From contig SVLW01000010.1 of the NCBI GenBank assembly GCA_015067705.1, positions 2,434-66,433 of the forward strand: DNA of 64,000 nt, given 5' to 3'. The notes beneath the pieces were generated by a model that was given only the letters and a program-made list of their open reading frames with translations, was not told where the DNA came from and searched no databases. Below, in pieces: positions 1 through 10,023 of this stretch. How positions within the stretch are numbered: the stretch's first letter is position 1; each line of letters starts with the position of its first letter. A program made the translations under genes and the position numbers. This DNA comes from Oscillospiraceae bacterium. Lineage in GTDB: Bacteria; Bacillota; Clostridia; Oscillospirales; QAMX01.

Positions 1-2340
1 ACCATGCGGACAAGCCTCAAAAACGTCATGGTGAACCGCAATATCGCCGGACGATACTATCAGGAAAGCGCCATCAAGGCCACCTGCGAGGCGCTGGCCA
101 GAAACCGTCGCAAGGCGCTGCTCGTCATGGCCACCGGTTCCGGTAAAACCAGAACCGTCATTGCGCTGTGCGATGTCCTGCTGCAGCACGGGTGGGTGAA
201 GAACATTCTGTTCCTGGCCGACCGCAATTCGCTGGTCACGCAGGCCAAGCGCAGTTTCGTGAATCTGCTGCCCGACCTGTCCGTCACCAATCTCTGCGAA
301 GAAAAGGATAATTTCACCGCACATTGCGTATTTTCTACATACCAGACCATGATGAACTGCATCGACGAGATGAAGGACGAGCAGGGGAAACTGTTCACCT
401 GCGGTCATTTTGATCTGGTCATCTGTGATGAAGCGCATCGATCCATTTACAATAAGTATCAGGATATTTTCAACTACTTCGATGCGCCGCTAGTAGGCCT
501 GACCGCTACGCCCAAGGATGAAATCGAAAAGAACACCTACGAAGTCTTTGAACTGGAAAACGGTGTACCGACCTATGGTTATGAATTGGCGCAGGCCGTC
601 CATGATGGTTTCCTTGTTGACTATATGAGTGTAGAGACCAAGCTGAAGTTCATCGAACAGGGCATTGTCTACGACGAACTGTCCGAGGAAGAAAAGGCCG
701 AGTATGAAGAAAAGTTCATTGATGAAAACGACGAATTGCCCGATCGCATCAATTCCTCTGCACTGAACGAATGGGTTTTCAACGAGGATACCATCCGGGA
801 AGTACTGAACATTCTGATGACCAACTGCATTCGGATTGATTACGGCGAAAAGCTGGGCAAAACCATCATCTTTGCGAAAAATCACACCCATGCAGAGAAA
901 ATCTTCGAGATTTTCAACCGGGAATATCCGCATCTGCCCGGATACGCAAAAGTGATCGACAACTATATGACCTATTCCCAGAGCGCTATCGACGAGTTTT
1001 CTGATCCGAAGAAACTGCCGCAGATTGCTATTTCTGTCGACATGCTGGACACCGGTATCGATGTACCGGAATGCTTGAATCTGGTGTTCTTCAAGAAGGT
1101 CATGAGTAAGGCGAAGTTCTGGCAGATGATCGGTCGAGGCACGCGACTGTGTTCCGGACTCTTGGATGGTGCCGATAAGGATAAATTCTACATCTTTGAT
1201 TTCTGCGGCAACTTCGAATTCTTCCGTATGGGCGGTAAGGGTCGCTCCACCGAACAGCTTGCTTTACAAAGTGCCTTGTTCAACCTCAAAGCGCAGATTA
1301 CTCATAAACTGCAGGATCTGGAATTTCAGACAGAGGAACTATCTGCATTCCGCAAAGCATTGGTCGAGGAAATGGTACGCAAGGTTCAGGAACTCAATCG
1401 AGACAGCTTCGCCGTTCGCCAGCATCTGAAATATGTGGAGCTCTTTTCAGATCCCGATCGCTATCAGACGATCTCCTACGAAGATACATTGACCATCAAA
1501 GCAGAATTGGCTCCGCTTATCACACCCGATGACGACGATCCCAAAGCTCTGCGGTTTGATGCACTGATGTATGGCATCGAGCTTGCATATCTGGTGGGGA
1601 AGAAATACAGCCGCGGCAGAAGTGACCTTCTGAAAAAAGTGCGGGGCATTGCAGGAGTTGCCAACATCCCGGAGATCAAGGCGCGTTCGGAATTGATCGA
1701 CAAAATTCTGAAAACAGATTATTTGGATCATGCAGGGATCAATGAATTCGAGCATATTCGAGAAAATCTGCGAGACTTAATAAAGTATATTATTACCGAA
1801 CATCCTACATATACCACGAAGTTTGACGATGAAATCCTGTCAATGGAATGGAACGAGGCGGAACTGGAAAGCGATGATCTGAAGAATTATCGGGCCAAGG
1901 CGGAATTCTATGTAAGACAGCATCAGGATCATCTGGTGATCGCGAAACTCAGAAGCAATCTCCCGCTGACCAAGACCGATTTGGAGAGCCTGGAGAAAAT
2001 CCTCTGGAGCGAAGTGGGATCTCGACAGGACTACGAAGCAGAGTATGGCGAAAAGCCTCTGGGCGAGTTTGTACGCGAAGTTGTAGGTATGGATATGAAT
2101 GCCGCCAAAGCTGCCTTCGCAGAATACTTAAATGACACCAGCCTGGACAGTCGGCAGATCTATTTTGTCAACCAGATCGTGGAGTACATCATCCATAACG
2201 GACTGATGAAAGATCTATCCGTGCTGCAGGAAACACCCTTCACGGATAAAGGCAGCGTGGTTGATGTTTTCAACGACCTGTCAGTCTGGATGGGTATCAA
2301 AGCTACTATTGATCAGATCAACGCCAATGCCATGGCATAA
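1..2340 (+). CDS. hsdR: Type I restriction enzyme R subunit (HsdR-like SF2 helicase), 5'-partial at window edge
   Basis: Walker A 'MATGSGKT', DEAH box 'VICDEAHRS', 'GLTATP', and a long C-terminal helical domain typical of EcoEI-type HsdR. The frame is open to base 1 and the N-terminal nuclease domain is missing. Confidence 0.8.
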   Translation, partial: TMRTSLKNVMVNRNIAGRYYQESAIKATCEALARNRRKALLVMATGSGKTRTVIALCDVLLQHGWVKNILFLADRNSLVTQAKRSFVNLLPDLSVTNLCEEKDNFTAHCVFSTYQTMMNCIDEMKDEQGKLFTCGHFDLVICDEAHRSIYNKYQDIFNYFDAPLVGLTATPKDEIEKNTYEVFELENGVPTYGYELAQAVHDGFLVDYMSVETKLKFIEQGIVYDELSEEEKAEYEEKFIDENDELPDRINSSALNEWVFNEDTIREVLNILMTNCIRIDYGEKLGKTIIFAKNHTHAEKIFEIFNREYPHLPGYAKVIDNYMTYSQSAIDEFSDPKKLPQIAISVDMLDTGIDVPECLNLVFFKKVMSKAKFWQMIGRGTRLCSGLLDGADKDKFYIFDFCGNFEFFRMGGKGRSTEQLALQSALFNLKAQITHKLQDLEFQTEELSAFRKALVEEMVRKVQELNRDSFAVRQHLKYVELFSDPDRYQTISYEDTLTIKAELAPLITPDDDDPKALRFDALMYGIELAYLVGKKYSRGRSDLLKKVRGIAGVANIPEIKARSELIDKILKTDYLDHAGINEFEHIRENLRDLIKYIITEHPTYTTKFDDEILSMEWNEAELESDDLKNYRAKAEFYVRQHQDHLVIAKLRSNLPLTKTDLESLEKILWSEVGSRQDYEAEYGEKPLGEFVREVVGMDMNAAKAAFAEYLNDTSLDSRQIYFVNQIVEYIIHNGLMKDLSVLQETPFTDKGSVVDVFNDLSVWMGIKATIDQINANAMA

Positions 2341-2361
2341 ACAGTTGCAGATTGGAGGCAT

Positions 2362-2970
2362 ATGATGGCACTAGAAAACAAATTAGGACTTACCAGTTCT
2401 GTCGAACTGGCTCGTGAAGAAGAACGCATCAGTAAGAAAAAAGCATTGGAGCTCTTTGAATGCGGAATGCTTAATACATTGGAAGCAGGAACGTTTTCCG
2501 CCCTCTGCACGATCCACAAATATCTCTTCGATGAAATCTACGACTTTGCAGGTGAGATGCGAACCGTGAACCTATCCAAAGGCACCTTCCGCTTCGCCCC
2601 GTTGGTATACCTGGAAGCTTCTCTCGCAAACATCGAAAAAATGCCGCAAAGCACCTTCGATGAGATTGTGGAGAAATACGTAGAAATGAATATCGCCCAT
2701 CCCTTCCGAGAAGGAAATGGACGAAGCACGCGAATTTGGCTGTATCAGATTTTCAAAAAGGAACTGCATCAGGTAGTTGATTGGAGTATGGTCGATAAAG
2801 AAGATTATCTCTTGGCCATGGAGCGCAGCCCCATCAGAGATATCGAAATCAAGCATGTTCTGAAAGCTGCCTTGACGGACGATATCAATAGCCGCGAAGT
2901 ATACATGAAGGGCATTGACCACAGCTACTACTACGAAGGATATATAACCTTCAAAACAGAAGATCTATAA
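2362..2970 (+). CDS. fic: Fic family protein (AMPylase-type), class III with C-terminal inhibitory motif
   Basis: Canonical Fic motif 'HPFREGNGRSTR'. The C-terminal 'SYYYEG' fits the S/TxxxE(G/N) inhibitory helix. SD GGAGG lies upstream, 21 nt after the hsdR stop. Confidence 0.88.
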   Translation: MMALENKLGLTSSVELAREEERISKKKALELFECGMLNTLEAGTFSALCTIHKYLFDEIYDFAGEMRTVNLSKGTFRFAPLVYLEASLANIEKMPQSTFDEIVEKYVEMNIAHPFREGNGRSTRIWLYQIFKKELHQVVDWSMVDKEDYLLAMERSPIRDIEIKHVLKAALTDDINSREVYMKGIDHSYYYEGYITFKTEDL

Positions 2971-2977
2971 AAAATCG

Positions 2978-3002
2978 CCCACCGATTATGCAAATCGGTG
3001 GG
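2978..3002 (-). terminator. Intrinsic terminator (minus strand, possibly bidirectional)
   Basis: Stem CCCACCGATT/AATCGGTGGG. On the minus strand it is followed by ATTTTTTAT. It lies between the fic stop and the end of the small minus-strand genes. Confidence 0.6.
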
Positions 3003-3020
3003 CATTGCATTATGTAGTTG

Positions 3021-3283
3021 TCACTCCCCTAGGACTTCCAGCATCATTCTCGCGTCCGTCTTAAAGCTGCTCCGGAAGAGCATACATTCTGCCATTGCCT
3101 GGAACAGGTGCTCGCTCTCGGCGTGGCGCTCGTACAGTGCGCGCTGCTCTTCATTCAGGGAGGCCAGGAATTTTCCTCGTCCCGGACCATTCGCTCCAAT
3201 GCCGCCCGGTACTCCTTATCAGACGTAATTTCATACTCGGTAGGCTCGATGTTGCCGTACCAAAATTCCTCTAAGAATCTCAT
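3021..3283 (-). pseudogene. Frameshifted small conserved hypothetical gene (N-terminus 'MRFLEEFWYGNIEP', a type I recall from Clostridia mobile elements)
   Basis: Two consecutive reading frames give MRFLEEFWYGNIEPTEYEITSDKEYRAALERMVRDEE and LNEEQRALYERSAESEHLFQAMAECMLFRSSFKTDARMMLEVLGE. They join if one A is added to the A4 run in GAGGAAAATTCC. The span is 263 nt, one short of a multiple of 3. Confidence 0.5.
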
Positions 3284-3429
3284 TTCGCACCTTCCCCGCA
3301 GATCAGTTTTCGGGTCTGCTGACCCCGTTTGGAGAGGACAAAATGCGCCTTCGGAAAGGCAAATTTAAGGTACAAACGGCCTCCTGCACGACTGCTTTTC
3401 AGGCCGGATTTTACCGCTAAAATTTCCAT
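3280..3429 (-). CDS. Hypothetical 49-aa protein, translationally coupled (ATGA) to the downstream frameshifted gene
   Basis: Good SD AAAGGAG 7 nt before the ATG, and the stop overlaps the next start. No family recognised. Confidence 0.35.
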   Translation of the reverse strand: MEILAVKSGLKSSRAGGRLYLKFAFPKAHFVLSKRGQQTRKLICGEGAK

Positions 3430-3674
3430 TTTTTGGCTCCTTTTTCGACATTTTTGATCACAGCTCGGTTTCGTGTCGTAAAAGCGTCGTAATTTGGCGT
3501 ACAAAAAAGTCAAAAAATGTAGGTAGCACGAGGGTTTTTTGCTTAAGTTAAGATGTTGCCGTGGCAGACGAAAAGAATAGTAATCATATAAAACACCTCA
3601 AGTTATGCTTGGTCACACGCCAATCTGTTCTTTTTCAGAGCAGCTATGGCAGCACTCTGTCTCAGTCTTCGGAA

Positions 3675-5351
3675 TCAGACTTTAAGTATTGCGGGTGCTT
3701 TTGTATCAAACGAAACCGAAATCGTAGTCCCCTTGTTCACTTCGCTCTCCACAGCGATTTTGCCATGGTGATACTGCACGGCGTGCTTCACGATGGACAG
3801 GCCGAGGCCGGTGCCGCCGGACTGTTTGGAGTGGCTCTTGTCCACGCGATAGAAGCGCTCAAACACCTTGTCCTGATGCTCGGGCGCGATGCCGATGCCG
3901 GTGTCCTGCACGCGCAGCAGTACCTCGCCGGGTTTCTGCGCCACAGACACGTTCACGCTGCCGCCGGGCGTATTGTACTTGATGGCATTGTCGCAAAGGT
4001 TATATACCACCTCATAAAGCAGTCTGCGGACGCCGTTCACCACGCCATCATCGCCGGTGACTTCCAAAGAAACGTCTTTCAGCTTTGCGGCATCTGCCAG
4101 GGTCTCGCAGACCTCCTCGGAGAGAACCCTGAGAGAAACGTCCTCACAGGGCATTTCGGCGCCTTCGTCCAGCTCGGACAGGCGGATAATATCGTCGATC
4201 AGAAAGACCAGTCTGGATGCTTCCTTGCGGATAAGGCCCACAAAGCGGGGCACATCCTCGTCCTTCACAATGCCGTTTTCCATCAGTTCCGCAGAGCCGA
4301 TGATGGACTGCAGCGGGGTTTTCAGTTCATGGGACACATTGGCGGTGAATTCCTTCCGGTGCCGCTCGGCGTTCACCTGCTCGGTCACGTCAAAGGCAAG
4401 GATCACCATGCCGTGACTGCTGCCGTCAGAATCAATGCGGCTGAGATCAAACTGATACTCTCTGCCGTTTTCCCCGGCGCGGAAATCGGCGTGGCCCTGT
4501 GTCCTTGCTTCTTCCAGAGCCAGCCGCATATTTTGCTTGCGGTCGATGGTCAGAAAGTCCGCGCCCACGCGGGCGCCTCCGGCTCCGAACAGCGTTCTTG
4601 CCGCAGGATTGATGCTGAGGATCCGGTCCATGCTGTCCAGAAGGACCAGGCCTTCCTTCATGTTGCCGGTGATCTGGTCAAATTCGTCCTGTTTCTGCTG
4701 CAAAGCCTGCATCTGGCTTTTGATTTCCACGTGCTGTGCATGGATGCGGTGCAAAAGCGGGGACAGCTCCTCATAGGCTTCGTTCTCCATGGGCTTTTCC
4801 AGATCCAGTTTGTTCAGCGGCTCCACCACTTTTCTTGCCATACGGTGAGCCAGCCATGCGGAAAGCGCAATGGCAATTACGAGAACAATGGCAATCGGTT
4901 GGAGCATACCGAGAACCAGAACCAATGCGGTTGCTCGGCTGACGGAAATACGGAGTACACTGCCGTCATTCAGTCGGGCGGCTTCATAAATGGTCTGCTC
5001 CGTCAGGGTGGAGGACTGACGGGTGCTGCTGCCGGCGCCGGAAACAAGGGCCTCCCGGATTTCTTCCCGGTCGGCGTGGTTTTCCATGGCGGCGGCATCG
5101 GCGTGGCTGTCAAAAAGTACCGTGCCGTCGGGATCCACCCAGGTCAGGCGATAGCGGGTATGGTCCAGGCCCTCCAGATAGCTTTCGCCAAGCTGCTCCG
5201 TCGCGTCGGCCGCCAGGCTCAGCTCGTCTCTCAACTGGGACTCCTGCACATCTCCAAAATACGGGTACAACGCACCGACCACGATGACAAGACTGGAAAA
5301 CAGTACCGCAATGGCCACCGTGAGAATGGCCTGGAAAATCTTACTTGTCAT
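3675..5351 (-). CDS. phoR: Phosphate-regulon sensor histidine kinase (PhoR-like)
   Basis: N-terminal TM segments, a PAS-like region, H-box 'SHELKTPL', N/G boxes 'DNAIKY' and 'GTGLGLSIV'. It is the last gene of the pst-pho operon. Confidence 0.88.
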   Translation of the reverse strand: MTSKIFQAILTVAIAVLFSSLVIVVGALYPYFGDVQESQLRDELSLAADATEQLGESYLEGLDHTRYRLTWVDPDGTVLFDSHADAAAMENHADREEIREALVSGAGSSTRQSSTLTEQTIYEAARLNDGSVLRISVSRATALVLVLGMLQPIAIVLVIAIALSAWLAHRMARKVVEPLNKLDLEKPMENEAYEELSPLLHRIHAQHVEIKSQMQALQQKQDEFDQITGNMKEGLVLLDSMDRILSINPAARTLFGAGGARVGADFLTIDRKQNMRLALEEARTQGHADFRAGENGREYQFDLSRIDSDGSSHGMVILAFDVTEQVNAERHRKEFTANVSHELKTPLQSIIGSAELMENGIVKDEDVPRFVGLIRKEASRLVFLIDDIIRLSELDEGAEMPCEDVSLRVLSEEVCETLADAAKLKDVSLEVTGDDGVVNGVRRLLYEVVYNLCDNAIKYNTPGGSVNVSVAQKPGEVLLRVQDTGIGIAPEHQDKVFERFYRVDKSHSKQSGGTGLGLSIVKHAVQYHHGKIAVESEVNKGTTISVSFDTKAPAILKV

Positions 5352-6021
5352 ATCCTGCCTCCCAGCGATAGCCTACATTCCGCACGGTTTCGATCATCCT
5401 GCCATAGCCGTCCAGTTTCTGGCGCAGGGTGCGGATATGGGAATCCAGCGTGCGGGAATCGCCCATATAGTCCAGTTTCCACACCTGAGAGAAGAGCTGT
5501 TCTCTGGTATAAACCATGCCGGGATGGGAAAGAAACATCCGAAGCAGCTCAAATTCCTTGTATGTCAGCAGAACCCGGCTGCCGTCCACGCTGACCGTAT
5601 GCTCGTCCAGATTGACCACCAGTCCGCCCGCCTTCAGGAGCTTTGACACCTGCTGGGGCTGGCTGCGGCGCAGGACGGCCTTCACCCGGGACACCATCTC
5701 CATCATGCTGAACGGCTTTACGATATAATCATCCGCGCCCAGATCCAGGCCGCGGATGCGGTCATATTCCTGCCCCTTGGCGGTGGCCATGATCACGGGG
5801 ATTCGGCTGTACTCCATGGATTCCTTCATCCCGGACAGAAGCTCGATACCGTCCATGCCGGGCAGCATCACATCCAAAACAACCAGTTCCGGCTGTTCTT
5901 TTTTCAGCGCTTCCCAAAAGGAAAGGCCATCTGCAAAGCTCTTTGTTTCAAATCCGGCGGAGTTCAGCGCATAGATTGCAATGTCGCGGATCGCCGCGTC
6001 ATCCTCAACATACCAGATCAT
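5341..6021 (-). CDS. phoP: OmpR-family response regulator (PhoP/PhoB-like)
   Basis: Receiver domain (MIWYVEDD, DVMLPGMDG) plus a winged-helix C-terminus (RTLDSHIRTLRQKL, VRNVGYRW). The start was moved to the internal ATG at 6021. The gene overlaps phoR by 11 nt. Confidence 0.88.
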   Translation of the reverse strand: MIWYVEDDAAIRDIAIYALNSAGFETKSFADGLSFWEALKKEQPELVVLDVMLPGMDGIELLSGMKESMEYSRIPVIMATAKGQEYDRIRGLDLGADDYIVKPFSMMEMVSRVKAVLRRSQPQQVSKLLKAGGLVVNLDEHTVSVDGSRVLLTYKEFELLRMFLSHPGMVYTREQLFSQVWKLDYMGDSRTLDSHIRTLRQKLDGYGRMIETVRNVGYRWEAGYDK

Positions 6022-6023
6022 CG

Positions 6024-6668
6024 TTACCCCTCCTTGTGCGTACCTGTCACAGAATAGATCACCCACTCGGCAATGTTGGTGGCATGATCGCCGATGCGCT
6101 CAAAATACTTGGCGATCATCAGAAGGTCCAGAGCGAATTCGCCGTCGGCGGACTGCTCTGCGATCATGGAAATTATATCACACTTCACTCTGGAAAAACA
6201 GTCATCCACTATATCATCCCGGGCAATCACCTGTTCCGCCAATTCCACATCCTTTTTCACAAAGGCATCGATGCTCTCCGTCACCATCCCGATGGTCCGG
6301 CGCGCCATTTCCTCGATCACTTCCATGCCCTCCATGGTGTGGCCGTTTAAGAAAGTGACGATCTCCGCAATGTCCTCTGCCTGATCGCCAATGCGCTCCA
6401 GATCGGTGATCATCTTCAGCGTGGCGGAAATCACGCGGAGATCCCGGGCCACCGGCTGCTGGTGCAGCAGAAGCTTCATACAGCGGCCCTCAATGTCCCG
6501 CTCCATCTGGTCGATGACGCCGCTGTTTCTTTTGACTTTGGCCGCCAGTTCCATATCACCGGTGGTAAGTGCCTTGGCGGCGGAGGCAATGGCCTCCTCG
6601 CACATGGCGCCCATTTCGATCATTTCCCGGTTCAGCGCAAAAAGCTGTTCATCAAATCGGTTTCTCAT
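6024..6668 (-). CDS. phoU: Phosphate signalling complex protein PhoU
   Basis: Duplicated PhoU repeat with 'DLERIGDQAEDIAE' and 'YFERIGDHATNIAEW'. SD AAGGAGG precedes the ATG at 6668. Confidence 0.9.
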   Translation of the reverse strand: MRNRFDEQLFALNREMIEMGAMCEEAIASAAKALTTGDMELAAKVKRNSGVIDQMERDIEGRCMKLLLHQQPVARDLRVISATLKMITDLERIGDQAEDIAEIVTFLNGHTMEGMEVIEEMARRTIGMVTESIDAFVKKDVELAEQVIARDDIVDDCFSRVKCDIISMIAEQSADGEFALDLLMIAKYFERIGDHATNIAEWVIYSVTGTHKEG

Positions 6669-6678
6669 ATGCTCCTCC

Positions 6679-7431
6679 TTAACCAAATCGGCCGGTGATG
6701 TAATCTTCGGTGCGCGGATCCCCGGGCTGTGAGAAAATGTCATCGGTCTTGCCGAATTCCACCAGCTCGCCCAGCAGGAAGAATGCCGTATCGTCCGACA
6801 CGCGAACCGCCTGCTGCATATTGTGGGTCACCATGATGATGGTGTACTTCTCTTTCAGTTCCATCACCAGTTCCTCAATGCGGGAGGTGGAGATGGGGTC
6901 GAGGGCGGAGGTGGGCTCGTCCATCAGGAGGATCTTCGGCTGTACGGCCAGCGCTCTTGCAATGCAAAGACGCTGCTGCTGACCACCGGACATCCCGAGG
7001 GCGTTCTTCTTCAGTCTGTCCTTCACCTCGTCCCAGATGGCCGCATCCCGCAGGGCCTGCTCCACGATCTCGTCCAGCTTCACACGGTTGGTGATGCCGT
7101 GGGTACGGGGGCCATAGGCCACGTTGTCATAGATGCTCATAGGGAAGGGATTGGGCTTCTGGAACACCATGCCGATCTCCTTGCGGAGCTGGTTCACATC
7201 CACTTCGTTTGAGAAAATATCCGTTCCCTCATAGCGGATGTCGCCGGTGATCTTCACGCCGGGGATCAGGTCGTTCATGCGGTTCAGGGTCTTGAGAAAC
7301 GTGGACTTGCCGCAGCCGGAAGGGCCGATCAGTGCGGTAATGTTCCGATCAGAGAGCTCGATATTGATATTTTTCAGTGCCTGATGGTCGCCGTACCACA
7401 GGCACAGGTCTTTTGCAGAGATGATACTCAT
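6679..7431 (-). CDS. pstB: Phosphate ABC transporter ATP-binding protein PstB
   Basis: Walker A 'GPSGCGKST', signature 'LSGGQQQRL', Walker B '[11 protein letters not shown]', PstB-typical length and context. Confidence 0.95.
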   Translation of the reverse strand: MSIISAKDLCLWYGDHQALKNINIELSDRNITALIGPSGCGKSTFLKTLNRMNDLIPGVKITGDIRYEGTDIFSNEVDVNQLRKEIGMVFQKPNPFPMSIYDNVAYGPRTHGITNRVKLDEIVEQALRDAAIWDEVKDRLKKNALGMSGGQQQRLCIARALAVQPKILLMDEPTSALDPISTSRIEELVMELKEKYTIIMVTHNMQQAVRVSDDTAFFLLGELVEFGKTDDIFSQPGDPRTEDYITGRFG

Positions 7432-8285
7432 AAACTTCTCCTTTTTGCGAAATACTTCTGCACCAAAGTCGCTGCAAAGTTGATCACAACGGTCAGCACC
7501 ATCAGAATGGCGGCGATGGCAAAAGCCACGCCGAATTCTCCCTGTTCCTTTGCGTAGACATAGAGGGCAACGGTCAGAGTCGCGCCGGGCGCCGCCAGAC
7601 CGTCAATGATACCGTTCACCGCATGGGCAAAGCCGGCGGTGAAGAGCAGTGCTGCCGATTCGCCCAGGATCCGGCCGACAGACAGAATGCATCCCGTGAT
7701 GACGCCGTCCACACAGCCGGGAAGGACCACCGTGCGGACCACCCGCCATTTTCCGGCGCCCAGACCAAAGGCGCCTTCCCGGTAGGACTGGGGAACGGTT
7801 TTCAGGCTCTCCTGGGTGGTGCGCATAATGGTGGGCAGGTTCATGATCACCAGCGTCAGCGCACCGGCCATCAGACAGGTGCCCATGGAGTTTGAAAACA
7901 GCAGCATACCCACCAGACCGTAGATGATGGAAGGAATGCCGGAAAGGGTCTCGGCGGCATATTCGATAACGCCAACCACTTTTTTATTGGATGCGTACTC
8001 GGTGAGATAAATGGCCGCACCCACGCCCAGAGGCAGCACGATCACAAGCGTTGCCAGCACGATATAGACGGTATTCAGAATATCCGGCAGGATGCCGATG
8101 CGCTCCGTCAGATAGCTGGGATTTGTGGACAGCAGCTCCCAGGTGATGCCCGGAACGCCCTTCCCCAGCACATAGAGCAGCAGGAAGAGCACCAGCGCAG
8201 CAGTCAGACCCGCCGACAGCAGCATCAGCGCCTTCATCAGCACCGCAAAGCCTTTTCTCTTTTTGGATAACGATTGATTCAGCAT
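7428..8285 (-). CDS. pstA: Phosphate ABC transporter permease PstA
   Basis: Six-TM permease carrying the EAA-like motif '[15 protein letters not shown]'. It overlaps pstB by 4 nt. Confidence 0.9.
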   Translation of the reverse strand: MLNQSLSKKRKGFAVLMKALMLLSAGLTAALVLFLLLYVLGKGVPGITWELLSTNPSYLTERIGILPDILNTVYIVLATLVIVLPLGVGAAIYLTEYASNKKVVGVIEYAAETLSGIPSIIYGLVGMLLFSNSMGTCLMAGALTLVIMNLPTIMRTTQESLKTVPQSYREGAFGLGAGKWRVVRTVVLPGCVDGVITGCILSVGRILGESAALLFTAGFAHAVNGIIDGLAAPGATLTVALYVYAKEQGEFGVAFAIAAILMVLTVVINFAATLVQKYFAKRRSL

Positions 8286-8288
8286 AGG

Positions 8289-9155
8289 TTACTCCTTTTC
8301 CCGTTTGAGGAAGAAGTTCAGCGTGGCGCCCGTCAGCATGATGAACAGGAACAATACCAGTGCGATGGAGAACAGCGCCTGCCGCTGCAGGCCGCTGGAA
8401 TAGGCCATCTCGCTGGACACGGCGGTGGTCAGGAAGCGGACACTCTGGAAGAGAGAATCCGGCATATTCGGCACATTCCCCGCCACCATCATCACCGCCA
8501 TGGCCTCGCCAATGGCGCGGCCGACACCCAGCACCACCGCCGCGGCGATGCCGCTTTTGGCGGCGGGGACGGACACCTTGAAGTAGGTCTCGATGGGAGT
8601 TGCGCCAAGGGCAAGAGACGCATCCTCGTATTCCCTGGGTACGGCATCCAATGCGGTGATGGACATCTTGATAATGGAGGGCAGGATCATAATTGCCAGC
8701 ACAATAATGGCGGCCAGCAGACTGGCGCCGTCCGGCACATGGAAGATCTTTCGGATGCCCGGCACCAGCACCAGCATACCCACCAGACCATAAACCACGG
8801 ACGGAATACCGGCCAGGAGACTCACCGCAGACTGCATCACGGATTTCACCCTGGGGGATGCCATTTTGGAGAGATACACGGCGGTCATAAAGCCAACCGG
8901 CACACCGATCAGGATCGCACCGGCAGTACCGTAAATACTGGTCAGGAGAAAAGGCAGAATGCCGTATTTCGGTTCCGCGGCGGTGGACGCCCATTCTTTG
9001 CCGAACAGGAAATCGATGAGACCGATCTCACGGATGGCGGGAATGCCGGAGATCACCAGATAGACCGTGATCAGCAGGACGGAGCCAACCGTAATGAGGC
9101 CCAGCAGCAGAAAGATCCCGTGGATGATTTTTTCTAAAACTTGATTTTTCTTCAT
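8289..9155 (-). CDS. pstC: Phosphate ABC transporter permease PstC
   Basis: Permease with 'YEDASLALGATPIETYFKV'. The start was set at the ATG at 9155 (MKKNQVLEK), which has SD GAGGAAAG. Confidence 0.88.
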   Translation of the reverse strand: MKKNQVLEKIIHGIFLLLGLITVGSVLLITVYLVISGIPAIREIGLIDFLFGKEWASTAAEPKYGILPFLLTSIYGTAGAILIGVPVGFMTAVYLSKMASPRVKSVMQSAVSLLAGIPSVVYGLVGMLVLVPGIRKIFHVPDGASLLAAIIVLAIMILPSIIKMSITALDAVPREYEDASLALGATPIETYFKVSVPAAKSGIAAAVVLGVGRAIGEAMAVMMVAGNVPNMPDSLFQSVRFLTTAVSSEMAYSSGLQRQALFSIALVLFLFIMLTGATLNFFLKREKE

Positions 9156-9216
9156 CAGTCTTTCCTCACAGCAGGATAGCGACGGTCGGCAGTATGACCG
9201 TCGCGTCTGCATTCGT

Positions 9217-10023
9217 TTAGTGAGCGGAAACCACACCTGCCGCGGCGATGATCTCGTTGGCATCGGCAGAGGTGATGTAGTCAAAGAACTTCTGGGCGGC
9301 GTCGCTCAGGTCCTCACCGCTTCTGGTGACCAGCACGAAGGGACGCTGCACCACATAGCTGCCGTCCCGGATGGCGGCATCGGAGGGGGCCACACCGTCC
9401 ACGGTCACGGCCTTCACGCTGTCCTTGACGGAAGCCACGGAAGCGTAGCCGATGGCACCGGGATTCTGGGAAACCGTAGTGATCACGTCACCGGTGGAAG
9501 TCAGCTCCTGACGATACTGGCAGGCGTCCTCGGTATCGGTAATGGACTCGAAGCCGTCGCGGGTGCCGGAGCCTGCTTCGCGGCCGATGAGAACGATCTC
9601 CGCATCATTGCCGCCGACTTCAGACCAGTTGGTGATCTCGCCGGTATAGATCTCGGCGATGGTCTCCACGCTCAGGTCAGAGACAGGGTTTTCGGGGTTC
9701 ACGATGATGGCGATACCGTCATAGGCCAGAACGGTGCCGGTGAGACCGGCGGATTTTTCCTCGTCCTTCAGATCACGGGAGGAGAGGCCGATATCACAGC
9801 GGCCTTCCTGCACGGCCTTGATGCCGCTGCCGGAGCCGGTGGGATTGTAAGTAAAGCGGATGCCGGTGTCATTCTGGAATGCCTCGCCCAGCGCGCCGAT
9901 CACCTTCTCCATGGAGGTGGAGCCATCGGTGGCAACAGAGCCGGTGACGTTGTTGCTGCCGCAGCCCGTCAGCAGCAAAAGCGCCAGAACCGCAGCCATC
10001 ATCATAACGATCTTCTTTTTCAT
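9217..10023 (-). CDS. pstS: Phosphate-binding lipoprotein PstS
   Basis: Signal peptide with lipobox 'LLTGC', PBP-like motifs 'GSGSG' and 'REAGSGTR'. First gene of the pst operon. Confidence 0.9.
   Translation of the reverse strand: MKKKIVMMMAAVLALLLLTGCGSNNVTGSVATDGSTSMEKVIGALGEAFQNDTGIRFTYNPTGSGSGIKAVQEGRCDIGLSSRDLKDEEKSAGLTGTVLAYDGIAIIVNPENPVSDLSVETIAEIYTGEITNWSEVGGNDAEIVLIGREAGSGTRDGFESITDTEDACQYRQELTSTGDVITTVSQNPGAIGYASVASVKDSVKAVTVDGVAPSDAAIRDGSYVVQRPFVLVTRSGEDLSDAAQKFFDYITSADANEIIAAAGVVSAH

Noticed and set aside
3561-5594. 677-aa plus-strand ORF
   Set aside because: It is entirely antisense to the well-supported phoR/phoP genes. Its composition is Gly/Ala/His/Leu-rich and low in complexity, and it has no SD. 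This is a typical shadow ORF in GC3-rich coding DNA.
7984-9137. ORFs 7984-8994 (minus strand, 336 aa) and 8274-9137 (plus strand, 287 aa)
   Set aside because: They are alternative-frame or antisense readings of pstA/pstC. They are Arg/Gly/His-rich, whereas the permease frames give proper TM helices and EAA loops.
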